From Candidatus Poribacteria bacterium (lineage in GTDB: Bacteria; Poribacteria; WGA-4E; WGA-3G): a stretch of 64,000 nt of DNA. The DNA lies in NCBI GenBank assembly GCA_003635195.1, contig PYIY01000203.1, forward strand, positions 781 through 64,780, in the 5' to 3' direction. Every line of letters starts with the position of its first letter. Position 1 is the stretch's first letter. The position numbers and the translations under genes were made by a program. The notes beneath the pieces are model-generated. The model searched no databases. It was not told where the DNA came from and was given only the letters and a program-made list of their open reading frames with translations. Below are positions 27,444 through 36,350 of this stretch, piece after piece.

Positions 27444-28586
27444 TCACACTCGGTGATGCTTTAGCAAGTCCCAATTCGGTTCAAAACCGATGCCGGGACG
27501 GGGCGGAACTGTGACATATCCATCAGCATCTAAAATCATCTGTGGGAGGAACATTTCACCACGCAACGGATCTACAGCCGGTGGATAGTATTCCAACATC
27601 AGACCGTTATCCCGGCTTGCAGCGATATGGATTTGCAATTCTTGCGCGCCGTGGGGGGCAATCAACTTTTTGGCTCCCAACGCTTCTTCGACGACTTGTA
27701 TCGCTGGCTCATAACCGGGAAGGATGGCGACATCCAGATTGAATACATCCGCCCCGTCATAATCAATGAGTGTTTGGAAATAGTGTAACCCGTACCCATT
27801 TTCTCCGGTGGCGATTCGTATGCTATAGTCTTCTGCTGTTTCCCGCAAGACCTTGTGTCCGCGATAATCGTGGCTATGAATCGGCTCTTCAAACCAGAAG
27901 ATATTGTTCGCCTGCAGCGCGGGCAGAAACGCACGCGCCTTTTCGATTGACAATGCACAATTTGCATCTACCATCACGGTAATATCGGAACCGACTGTTT
28001 CACGAACTACCTCAATTCGTTTGATGTCCGTTTCAAGACCTGCATCAGGGTCCCCAATCTTCATTTTAACCGCGGTGGCATTGAACGCATTTATATTCCG
28101 CGCCATCTCTTCGCGGAGTTCATCAAACCCTTTCTCTCGACCGTAATAACCACCGGCAATATAGGTGCGGATGCGTTGCTGTGTACCACCAAGTAAAGCG
28201 TGAACAGACTTCCCTTCTATTTTCCCACGGACATCCCAGCACGCTTGGTTTATCGCTGCGAGTACCTGTGTGTGATACCCACCGGGTCCATAGATTTTGT
28301 AGTTTTCAGCTAACCGTGAGACATAGGCAGTATCGGTTACATCGTGACCCATCAAGGTCGGACGGAATAGGTCTACAAACTTGGGGAATATGGAGAGTGG
28401 ACGGGTCGCAGCAGTTCCACCATTGAAACCGTATCCGACGAGTTCTTCGGTTCCACTTTTCGCGGTTACCTTTATTAGATGCAGCCTGCCTTTATCGTAG
28501 ACATGCATGCCGTTCCAGATGGGCGGTTTATCCCATTCATAGAGTTGGCTTTCAACGGTGGTAATTCTGAAGGTAGGTGTAGACAT
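27444..28586 (-). CDS. enolase-superfamily enzyme (mandelate racemase/muconate lactonizing family)
   Basis: TVMVDANCALS and NIFWFEEPI metal-ligand blocks. 380 aa. Confidence 0.85.
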   Translation of the reverse strand: MSTPTFRITTVESQLYEWDKPPIWNGMHVYDKGRLHLIKVTAKSGTEELVGYGFNGGTAATRPLSIFPKFVDLFRPTLMGHDVTDTAYVSRLAENYKIYGPGGYHTQVLAAINQACWDVRGKIEGKSVHALLGGTQQRIRTYIAGGYYGREKGFDELREEMARNINAFNATAVKMKIGDPDAGLETDIKRIEVVRETVGSDITVMVDANCALSIEKARAFLPALQANNIFWFEEPIHSHDYRGHKVLRETAEDYSIRIATGENGYGLHYFQTLIDYDGADVFNLDVAILPGYEPAIQVVEEALGAKKLIAPHGAQELQIHIAASRDNGLMLEYYPPAVDPLRGEMFLPQMILDADGYVTVPPRPGIGFEPNWDLLKHHRV

Positions 28587-28592
28587 TGTTTT

Positions 28593-29810
28593 CTATTTCG
28601 GGACTTCCCAGATGGATCTTGATGCGAAAATTGTTAGGCGTAATTCTTCGTCAAAGATTTCGTAGATAGGTGTTTTTCCGCTCAATTCCTGGCTTTCGTT
28701 TAGGATGATACCAACGCCTTCACCTCGACGTTCTAAGAAGTGGCGACGAACCACCTGTTTTCTCATGTCATCGTTCAGTATGATTTCAGAAAGTAATCGG
28801 GCGAGGAGTTCATTACGGGTGGCTTGGCTGTAGCGTAGGTTATCTACCGTCACCGTATTTGCCAATGCCCCTGGTGAATAAAGTTCGATCCGATTGTCAA
28901 ACATAAAAAACCGAATTTTGGAACCTGTTTTTGAATAATCTCTATGCACAACGGCGTTAACAATTGCCTCAAAAATGGCGCGCATACTGTATTGTGGTAG
29001 ATCGACTCTGCCAATATCTTTCCGTGCAGCAACGGCGTTATATCTTTTGGCGAATCGCATCGTTTGAATGATCTGTTGATCTAATGGTCCCGTAAAATCC
29101 TGAGAATCAATCTGGTGGTCGGCATCCTTTTCTTCTCCGCTATATACAACCGCTTGAATAAAACTGTTGTAAAGGTAGTCATCGGGTTTCTCGTAACACA
29201 TCAGTACACCGGCTACAGAAGCGCGGATTTCCTGACCTTCCTTGACGAGCAAACGTCTTTTAAGCAGTAAATCGTCCACTTCATCTTCAGTCGCGCTTTC
29301 TGTGATAAATCGCTGATAGAGATTTTTTCTTAATGTGTCTTTATCTGTGTTTGGGACGAACTGTTCATCGAAAGCGATGATGCGAGCTTGTGAGCGGGTT
29401 TGGAACAAGCGCGCTAACTGTTCAGTTGGCATCTCGCGTTTACTACTTCCCCGACGAATGAAGTAACCGTCAGCGGTTTTGTGAACGAACAGGCTCCTCG
29501 GCACCTCTATTTTTAACAGGTTTTTATTATCAATCCGCAGTTTTTCTGTAAAAATGAGAACGATTGGATCAATACTGTCCTGACATATTTCGACGACAGT
29601 TTTTTCGGCTTTGTCCAGTTCTTGTCGGTCAACTCCGACGATTTCCGCGTTGTCGTCAATGCCGATTAATATAACGCCACCTCTCGCGTTGGCAAAGGCA
29701 GCGATTTCGTCAGCGAGGCTGTTTCTGTGCGGGAGCTCTCTTTTGAATTCGATCGTTGCATCTTCGCCGAGATGTATTTTTTCAATGAGTTCGGTTATGC
29801 TCTCAAACAT
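28593..29810 (-). CDS. AlbA_2 (Schlafen-like) plus HATPase_c_4 ATP-binding protein
   Basis: N-terminus EDATIEFKRELP..LADEIAAFANARGGVILIGIDD. C-terminus IFEAIVNAVVHRDYS..IELYSPG. Confidence 0.75.
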   Translation of the reverse strand: MFESITELIEKIHLGEDATIEFKRELPHRNSLADEIAAFANARGGVILIGIDDNAEIVGVDRQELDKAEKTVVEICQDSIDPIVLIFTEKLRIDNKNLLKIEVPRSLFVHKTADGYFIRRGSSKREMPTEQLARLFQTRSQARIIAFDEQFVPNTDKDTLRKNLYQRFITESATEDEVDDLLLKRRLLVKEGQEIRASVAGVLMCYEKPDDYLYNSFIQAVVYSGEEKDADHQIDSQDFTGPLDQQIIQTMRFAKRYNAVAARKDIGRVDLPQYSMRAIFEAIVNAVVHRDYSKTGSKIRFFMFDNRIELYSPGALANTVTVDNLRYSQATRNELLARLLSEIILNDDMRKQVVRRHFLERRGEGVGIILNESQELSGKTPIYEIFDEELRLTIFASRSIWEVPK

Positions 29811-29964
29811 TGCTGATTTCTCATTTTATCTTGCTTTGTGAAGTGTAAGATGGGATGTTCTGTTTGGCGAGCGAAACTTTCCGTTATTAACAGAATAGAA
29901 ACTTATTATAACCAAAATGTTGTTTGGTGAGACATCTGTTAATTAAGGTGGCCCGATATAGATG

Positions 29965-29997
29965 CCTTAAAATGTTACACTAGTGTAACATTTAAGG
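29965..29997. promoter_or_regulatory. Palindromic operator-like site
   Basis: CCTTAAAATGTTACAC-TA-GTGTAACATTTAAGG. A third GTGTAACATTT half-site lies at 30092-30102. The palindrome is 155-190 bp upstream of the AlbA_2 gene start. Confidence 0.45.
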
Positions 29998-30121
29998 TTC
30001 TGCGTATGTATCTGTAAACCTACGTGTCGTCTGGCTTTCGAGGCGTTTTCGGTGTGGGTCTTCCGTTTGAAAAAAAATAATTTGTTGGAAAGTGTAACAT
30101 TTGTAAATATATAAACAGATG

Positions 30122-30847
30122 CTACAATCGCTGCTTGATTCTTCCCCAAGTGGTGGCGAGTTTGTCTGAGGCAGAAACTGCTTGAGGTTTACCAGCCGTT
30201 TCGCCTTCACCGTCTCCCATTTCAATGTCATCGATATAATTTGTCAGAGCGGTGGGGTGGTCCCAACCGAAGAAGATCCAGCTTAGACTCGGATTCACGC
30301 CGCCTTTGCCGCCCTCGCCTCTAAAACCGAAATCATCGGCGACCTGTTCGTCATCGACGTAAAAGTCATAAGTTCTATCTTTAAAGTCAAGCACGATACG
30401 GAGATGATGCCATTCACCGAATTTTCCCTGCGCCACTTGTTGTCCTGCAGTGCCGTCGAGTGCGTGGATTGTGGCATCCGGCTTAATGTTAAATACGGCA
30501 GCCCCACCCCACTTGAGGGCATCTCCACCGATATAAAACAGCATTGTGCCTGCGCCCTTTTCCCGTTGTGTGAATAATGAAGTGTACTGAATTCCATCAT
30601 GCGTACCGTCAAAACTTCTGGTGACCATTGTGTTTTCTGTGACCAGAATACTTTTGCCTGTGTCCCCGCGCGTTACCTCGCTTCCAATTTGGCAAGTTTT
30701 TTGGTTCATTGCGGTTTTCCAATCATCTTGCCCAGCGATGTCACCATCTTTGAAGTTGTCAAAATTCTCACTGTACCACACGTCGCCAAATGCATTGAAC
30801 GCCAAAAACAAGAGTCCGAGACTGAATACCAAACTTCGCTTTAACAT
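30122..30847 (-). CDS. secreted protein of unassigned (probably jelly-roll) fold, tail DKLATTWGRIKQRL
   Basis: Signal peptide MLKRSLVFSLGLLFLAFNAFG. 241 aa. The body is unlike the tandem LamG copies. Confidence 0.75.
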   Translation of the reverse strand: MLKRSLVFSLGLLFLAFNAFGDVWYSENFDNFKDGDIAGQDDWKTAMNQKTCQIGSEVTRGDTGKSILVTENTMVTRSFDGTHDGIQYTSLFTQREKGAGTMLFYIGGDALKWGGAAVFNIKPDATIHALDGTAGQQVAQGKFGEWHHLRIVLDFKDRTYDFYVDDEQVADDFGFRGEGGKGGVNPSLSWIFFGWDHPTALTNYIDDIEMGDGEGETAGKPQAVSASDKLATTWGRIKQRL

Positions 30848-31004
30848 GATTATAAACCTCCTGAAATTTTTGTTATTGTCCTGTATCAGGTGTCAGGTTG
30901 CAACTCTCGTCGATCAGATACGCCTATTATACCAGAATTTCTGGCCGAAGTCAAGCATTTTAGAACGTTTTAGTTTTCAGTAATCAGCCGTCAGTAAGAT
31001 CGCG

Positions 31005-31379
31005 CGCAGGGAGAAATCCGAAGAAATCCACAGAAATAGGCAGAAATACGCAGAAACACCCAAGCAATACGCAGAAATACCCAAGCAAAGACACCTATCA
31101 AAGCCCCCAAGCAAATACCCCAAGCAAATACCCCTACGGGGCTTGATTCTTGTTGGACACGCGTTTCTACAAAAATGCCGAAGAAATCCGCAGAAACACC
31201 CTATCAAAGATACCAAGCAAATAAACCCTACGGGACTAAAGAGGGTTGTGAGGTCTTCAAGGTTTCTGTGTAAAACCCGGTTCGGTTGGGAAACCGAACC
31301 TACCGGTCTGGAGGGCGCGGCGGTTATTTTTTCTAAAATTGACACTTATGGGTACGCCGCAAAACCGCGCCTACCCGGG
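31005..31379. repeat. Large mosaic intergenic repeat cluster
   Basis: Five phased decamers (G/A/C)AGAAAT(A/C)NN at 31011-31060. CCAAGCAAATACC words. Hairpin GGTTCGGTT-GGGA-AACCGAACC plus TACCGGTCTGG (31278-31311). Blocks are shared with 25363-25520. Confidence 0.85.
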
Positions 31380-31401
31380 TGTGATTTGGTATGAGGGTTT
31401 G

Positions 31402-32079
31402 TCAATTGAGTGTTTCTGCCCATTCGCTGAGGACCCGTGCCATTTCTACGAAAACGTCTTCTTCGGTTTTACGACGTTTGAGTACCTTGAACCCATGGTC
31501 TGCTGTGTCCAGCAGATGTAAGGTCGCCTTGTTGCCGAGTTTTTCGCAGACGGGTTCCAACAATTCAAGTACGGCTAACTTATCACGGGTGCCAGAGAGG
31601 AATAGCATTGGAATTGTGACATCAGCGAGGTGTTCGGCGCGCTCTGTGCCTTCTCTACCAGATGGATGCAGCGGAAATGCGAAAAATACGAGACCTTTGA
31701 CCTGCGCAATCGGTTCCTTCGCTGCGGACATTGAGGACATACGTCCGCTATAGGAGTGTCCACCGACGAGAATGGATAAATCGCTTGCAGCCTCGTGTGC
31801 AGCAGCTGCAGCAGATCGGACAGTTTGCAGCGCGACTGCCTCTGATTCTCGACCACCACCACCGCGTTCCATGTAAGGGAACTGGTAACGAAACGTTGCA
31901 ATACCGATATCCGCTAACCGTTCTGAGATGGTCTGGAGTGTTGCGCTACGCATGTTTGTGCTTGCCCCGTGTCCGAGCACGAGCAGCCATTTCGCGTCGT
32001 CTGGACGCATTAGGATTGAGGAAACTTCGCCTTTTTCTGGCGTTGCGATGAATTTGGATTCGATTGTTTCGTAACTCAT
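31402..32079 (-). CDS. alpha/beta hydrolase family protein
   Basis: Nucleophile elbow GGHSYSG. LVLGHGAST. GGAG RBS before ATG 32079. Confidence 0.75.
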   Translation of the reverse strand: MSYETIESKFIATPEKGEVSSILMRPDDAKWLLVLGHGASTNMRSATLQTISERLADIGIATFRYQFPYMERGGGGRESEAVALQTVRSAAAAAHEAASDLSILVGGHSYSGRMSSMSAAKEPIAQVKGLVFFAFPLHPSGREGTERAEHLADVTIPMLFLSGTRDKLAVLELLEPVCEKLGNKATLHLLDTADHGFKVLKRRKTEEDVFVEMARVLSEWAETLN

Positions 32080-32108
32080 TTTTTTACTCCTCAAAGCAAA
32101 ATGTGTCA

Positions 32109-32405
32109 TCAATCTAACCAACCAAATCCCGGAAGACGGTATCCTCTTACCATCTGCTGGAACTGAATGTGTTGGCTTTCATTTGCTTGTTTGCCAGCGA
32201 GCCCCTCTGCAAGACTCAGTGGGTCTCCATGATAGAAAACGTCTTGACGTGCGTAGGGTAAGCTTTCAATTTTCTTTTGTAGTGCCACTGCTTCATCTGG
32301 TGGTTCAGCGAAAAAATCGGTCAGACATCTGCGTACCAGTTCCCAGTATGCATCTACATAGGGACGAGACAAAGGAACATTCGGGTCTTTTACAGCCATT
32401 ATCAT
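32109..32405 (-). CDS. small hypothetical protein (partner of DUF3990 gene)
   Basis: 96-98 aa. The GGAGGT RBS favours ATG 32399. Contains the motif VFYHGDPLSLAEGLAG. I recognise no family. Confidence 0.5.
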   Translation of the reverse strand: MIMAVKDPNVPLSRPYVDAYWELVRRCLTDFFAEPPDEAVALQKKIESLPYARQDVFYHGDPLSLAEGLAGKQANESQHIQFQQMVRGYRLPGFGWLD

Positions 32406-32426
32406 ACCTCCGTGTCAAACTCAGTT

Positions 32427-32960
32427 TTATAGATTATAGGTTGGTGTTCCTTGACTGTGTAAAATTGGTGCCGGGAGTATTTCCAATGCTGCTTCCGTAT
32501 GAAAACTTATCTGATCAGCATCTTTGATGACTAACCTTTGCGGCCAAAGGGTAACAGGTCCAAAAACAATATCATAATTTCTATCACCATATAGCAAGTG
32601 AGGGCCCACCTGATTACGGCAATGCTCAACAAAATCCCGATAGTCTGAACTTGGACCGTCTGTCACAAAACATAAACTCGACAAAGATGCTAATTGATTT
32701 CTGTCCACCTCAAATCTAAGGACCACCGCCCGAGTCAATTCCTTGGTTCTGCTGGACAAGTATCTAAACTGCCTGTCTGCCCAATCTTCTGCCTGTGTTA
32801 GAACTGTCGTTAGGTAGAAACCTTGACCAAAATCTGCCTTTGGGTTACAAAGTGTCAGATCAATACTATGAGGTCTTGAGTCTGAAGGTATGCTTATAGT
32901 TGATGCTGCAGTATTAGTAGTCCCGTGATAAAGCACGAGGGGCCGATTTGTCCAGGCCAC
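32427..32960 (-). CDS. DUF3990-like protein (ADP-ribosyltransferase-like H-Y-[E] motif order)
   Basis: LVLYHGT near the N-terminus, DFGQGFYLTT, YDIVFGPV and QISFHTEAAL blocks. 177 aa. Confidence 0.65.
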   Translation of the reverse strand: MAWTNRPLVLYHGTTNTAASTISIPSDSRPHSIDLTLCNPKADFGQGFYLTTVLTQAEDWADRQFRYLSSRTKELTRAVVLRFEVDRNQLASLSSLCFVTDGPSSDYRDFVEHCRNQVGPHLLYGDRNYDIVFGPVTLWPQRLVIKDADQISFHTEAALEILPAPILHSQGTPTYNL

Positions 32961-33044
32961 TAATTTTCTCCTTAATTTGCTCTCCTATTACTAATATCAT
33001 TATACCGCAGATAGCGTCGTAATGTCAATCTTTTGAACGTGTTT

Positions 33045-33647
33045 TTATCCCTCCTTTAAGCACTGTTGTACGATAGCCCGGTAGGTTTCTAATCCTGCAG
33101 TCTCTAAGCCTTTGACTTTTGCGAGATCGTCCCATCGGCGTAAAGTGAGCGCGTCTTGGAAATGCGGGATCTGTTCAAACGCCTCCCGCTCCTCATCAGA
33201 CATGGCACCGCCCTGAACGATGAGACTCCTTTTTGATGCTTCGGATAACCCGTCGTGGTAAGACGTATCGGTTGCACAGAGATACCGCTTCGCTGGGACA
33301 TGCAACCGGATCGGTGTTGTGACAGCATCTGGGAAAAAGGGTGCCAGATACTCCGCACCAATCGCTTCATGATTTAGATCTATGTCAAGGAAGGCTTTAT
33401 CGGCGTTGTGTTCGTCTAAAATAATGTGTCCGATATCGTGGAGTAATGCTCCTGTAATCAGTGTTGGACTTGCATCGTGCTGTTTTGCGAGTGCGGCGCA
33501 TTGGAGTGCGTGTTCTAACTGTGTCACTACCTCATCGTAGAATGACTGTCCCCGTTTTTCCATGTAGTCGAATAGGACATCAACCTTTTGCTGTGCGGTT
33601 GCACCTATCATTTCCTGTGCGAGGTTCGGATCAACGTAATTTTGCAT
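33045..33647 (-). CDS. phnZ: PhnZ-like HD-domain oxygenase/phosphohydrolase
   Basis: QLEHALQCAALA, GALLHDIGH, HVPAKRYL, QGGAMS..E, RRWDDLAK. This is the block order of PhnZ/TmpB. Confidence 0.7.
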   Translation of the reverse strand: MQNYVDPNLAQEMIGATAQQKVDVLFDYMEKRGQSFYDEVVTQLEHALQCAALAKQHDASPTLITGALLHDIGHIILDEHNADKAFLDIDLNHEAIGAEYLAPFFPDAVTTPIRLHVPAKRYLCATDTSYHDGLSEASKRSLIVQGGAMSDEEREAFEQIPHFQDALTLRRWDDLAKVKGLETAGLETYRAIVQQCLKEG

Positions 33648-34422
33648 GGTTTACTGTTTTCCCTTGAAAATGTGCGATTTTGCTAATTTGTTTGTCTCGG
33701 TTGGAATTGTCTTCGGTATACTCTGAAAAAGCCTGCCGTTTGTCGGTATAATACTGCTCACGCCAATCGCCTTGTGATCCGGCGTTGTAGGTAAGATAGA
33801 CGATGCGTCTCGGTTGGTCAGAGCGATTTGTCGGACTCTTGTGTGGGATATAAGAACCGAAAAGGAGAATGTCGCCCGGATCTGTTGGCACTGCAATCCA
33901 TTCCATCGTTGCGGCGGTTTCAGGTGCGACACACCCCTTTTCGTCCAGCGCGATGAACCCTTCTTGATGCCGACCCGACGCGAAATAGAGACACCCACTC
34001 TCAGGTGTCGCTGGATCCACCGAAATTAGACAGGTGATATGGTAGTCGATAAACTCGTAGGCAGGCGCGTCTTGATGGGCAGCATAGCCGCCGCCACCGG
34101 GATATTTGTAGTTGATTTTCTCTTTGTAAAGGACGGCGGGTTCTTCCATCAACTCGGAGACAACGGCTAACACTTTACCACTCGTCACGGTGGCTTTCAT
34201 ATCACTGTGATACGGCACAAAATTTTCTGAACGAGAAAGCCGTGCGCCGTCCGGTGTGGATTCGTAGTGATGCATCCACTTGTCGGATGTCGGTTCCCAA
34301 TCTGAGATTTCAGAGACCCATGCTTGTAAATCCGCCACCTCTTCGGTGGAGAAAAAGCGCGGAATCTTCAGATAACCGTTGGTTTTCCAGTCTTGGTGAA
34401 GTTCCGTATTCAGGTAAGACAT
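33631..34422 (-). CDS. PhyH-family Fe(II)/2-oxoglutarate dioxygenase, PhnY-like
   Basis: HxD triad in AAHQDAPAY and a distal His in SYIPHKSP. It overlaps the HD gene by 17 nt. Confidence 0.65.
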   Translation of the reverse strand: MSYLNTELHQDWKTNGYLKIPRFFSTEEVADLQAWVSEISDWEPTSDKWMHHYESTPDGARLSRSENFVPYHSDMKATVTSGKVLAVVSELMEEPAVLYKEKINYKYPGGGGYAAHQDAPAYEFIDYHITCLISVDPATPESGCLYFASGRHQEGFIALDEKGCVAPETAATMEWIAVPTDPGDILLFGSYIPHKSPTNRSDQPRRIVYLTYNAGSQGDWREQYYTDKRQAFSEYTEDNSNRDKQISKIAHFQGKTVNHAKLR

Positions 34423-34514
34423 AACTCTTTTCCTTGCGGATAATTTTCTTAGGTGTCAGTATAACGTGTAAAAGGCCTTTTGTCAAATTTTGAAGGCTGT
34501 ATCCAGTCAACCGC

Positions 34515-36311
34515 TTAATCTTGGGAATCGGTGGGTTGCGTGCTGAACTCCAGAACGTCTGTAGCGTCGGCAACTTCCATCCGATAATCCCACCATCCAT
34601 TATAATCTCCAGACAGGATCGTCAAGGTGTTCCAACCCGCTTTCAACGGCAATTCAAAGTGTGCCCAGCCAGAAAATAGATGTTTACCCGGGATAGCAGC
34701 ACCGGAAATCTCAACGCCGTTAAGATAGAGTCTTCCAAGATTACTTCCCCATCCGATTTGTGCAAAAACACGCCGCGCATCAGGACTCTTGATATAGGAG
34801 GTCCCAAAACCATACGCCAACTCAGCGTCCCCAAAAGCATCATTTAAATTGATACGTTCCGATTCAGAACGATGCTCTTGCCAAGTAATTTCCCCTGATT
34901 GGCCTTGATAAGTCTTATCAGGATTGGGTTCCAGTAATGGTATTTCGAGAAAGCTTTGTGGGACCTCGTTCCGGTCTGCGGGTGCCTCTGTTACACCGAG
35001 GACAAAGGGGCCGAGGAGCATCCAATCTTTAAGGATCCGCATATCTTCTCTGCTGATCGGGTGAAACAAGTTCCTACTGTTTAACAATTGTTCACCGCCA
35101 TAGAGTGCTGAATAATTGTAGATGGGGAGCGGGAGAAAATCATTCGATGGCACTGAAAAGGCGACAGTTGTTTTTGTCGTTTGCCCGGGTTTAACTTGAA
35201 AAGAGAGTTGATTTGGGGAGATTTGCCAATTCTCATTTGGGTTGAAAACGATTTCAAACTCCAGTAGTTTTTCAAGCGTGTTTTCGAGGGTTATTTCAAG
35301 GTTGCCGTTGGAGAACGGTTGACCTCTATTGAGGTTGAACTGTGGTTTAAAAGTAAGCAGGTTCCCGAGTCGATCTTTGAATGCTGTCGTTGAGATGTCC
35401 GCAGGATGGATATTCCCGGGTTCAATAATCGCGATGTTAACCTCTTCGTCATCTACGGTTACGATACTATAATGATCAAATGCGCCGTATTCTCGCACCT
35501 CCTGGGGTGTAAATCCGCCGCCGGTAGCACCAAGGACGAAGTATCGATGGTCGTTGCGAGTATGCAAGGTCAAGTTATGGTAGTGTCCAGCAAAAACAGT
35601 ATACGCTCGATTTCCGAGTGCTTCCTCAATCTGCTCCCAACCTGAGTTTTCGTATAACCAGATCGGTCTGTGCATCAAGACAAACGTATGCCGTACATCC
35701 GGGTGTTTTGCCAATTGATCTTCCACATATTTCGTCTGCTCTTCTCCGAACCAACCTTTCTCCCAGTCCCATCCCTCTGCCTGTGTCGGGTGATGCCACT
35801 CCTCAGTATTCAGCATTATAAACAGACAATTTTTATATGTAAACGCCGAATAGGTGCGTCCGAGGTGCTCTTTCCAATATTCATACATCACTGGGTTGGT
35901 AATGTCGTGATTGCCGGGTAAAGGTAGAAACGGAACGATTAAATCGGATTCATGTTGCCAAAATTCTTTCCATTCCGCTGCGAGTTGTTCAAGGTCTCTT
36001 GTGTCGCCTTGTATGAGGTCGCCAACCATGATGGCGAAGTCAGGTTTCAATGTATTGATCTCGTCTATGGCGCGGTCAAATACTGGCCACTTATCTAAAC
36101 CGCCACCCGTTTTATCGCCGATAATTGCGAAACTGAACTTATCTGGGTCGTCCGAGAAGGGACGTTCAACGATTGGCATCCGTTCTGGAAAATTTGGAGT
36201 CTGAGCGGTAAGTGTAGCAGTGATAGCAAGGTATAAAATGGATATTGCTATAATCTTAGAGCAACTTATTGATTTCCGAGATGGCATCGTCTGTTTGTAG
36301 GTGTGGGACAT
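34515..36311 (-). CDS. secreted calcineurin-like metallophosphoesterase with C-terminal beta-sandwich region
   Basis: FAIIGDKTGG, MVGDLIQGD, GNHD, MHRP, GHYH. N-terminal signal peptide. Confidence 0.8.
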   Translation of the reverse strand: MSHTYKQTMPSRKSISCSKIIAISILYLAITATLTAQTPNFPERMPIVERPFSDDPDKFSFAIIGDKTGGGLDKWPVFDRAIDEINTLKPDFAIMVGDLIQGDTRDLEQLAAEWKEFWQHESDLIVPFLPLPGNHDITNPVMYEYWKEHLGRTYSAFTYKNCLFIMLNTEEWHHPTQAEGWDWEKGWFGEEQTKYVEDQLAKHPDVRHTFVLMHRPIWLYENSGWEQIEEALGNRAYTVFAGHYHNLTLHTRNDHRYFVLGATGGGFTPQEVREYGAFDHYSIVTVDDEEVNIAIIEPGNIHPADISTTAFKDRLGNLLTFKPQFNLNRGQPFSNGNLEITLENTLEKLLEFEIVFNPNENWQISPNQLSFQVKPGQTTKTTVAFSVPSNDFLPLPIYNYSALYGGEQLLNSRNLFHPISREDMRILKDWMLLGPFVLGVTEAPADRNEVPQSFLEIPLLEPNPDKTYQGQSGEITWQEHRSESERINLNDAFGDAELAYGFGTSYIKSPDARRVFAQIGWGSNLGRLYLNGVEISGAAIPGKHLFSGWAHFELPLKAGWNTLTILSGDYNGWWDYRMEVADATDVLEFSTQPTDSQD

Positions 36312-36350
36312 TTAATTTTTTGCCTCCTCAGCAATTTTCTTCTTCGGTTT

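Noticed and set aside
31011-31130. Possible CRISPR array, given the short regular repeats here and at 3253-3457.
   Set aside because: The units are 7-10 bp, or only two 100-bp copies. There are no 25-40-bp repeats alternating with unique spacers, and no cas genes.
30977-31394. ORFs of 83-122 aa inside the 31-kb repeat cluster (30977-31345 minus, 31143-31394 plus), and 25480-25776.
   Set aside because: Their low-complexity translations come from the repeat words. They have no RBS and overlap obvious non-coding modules.
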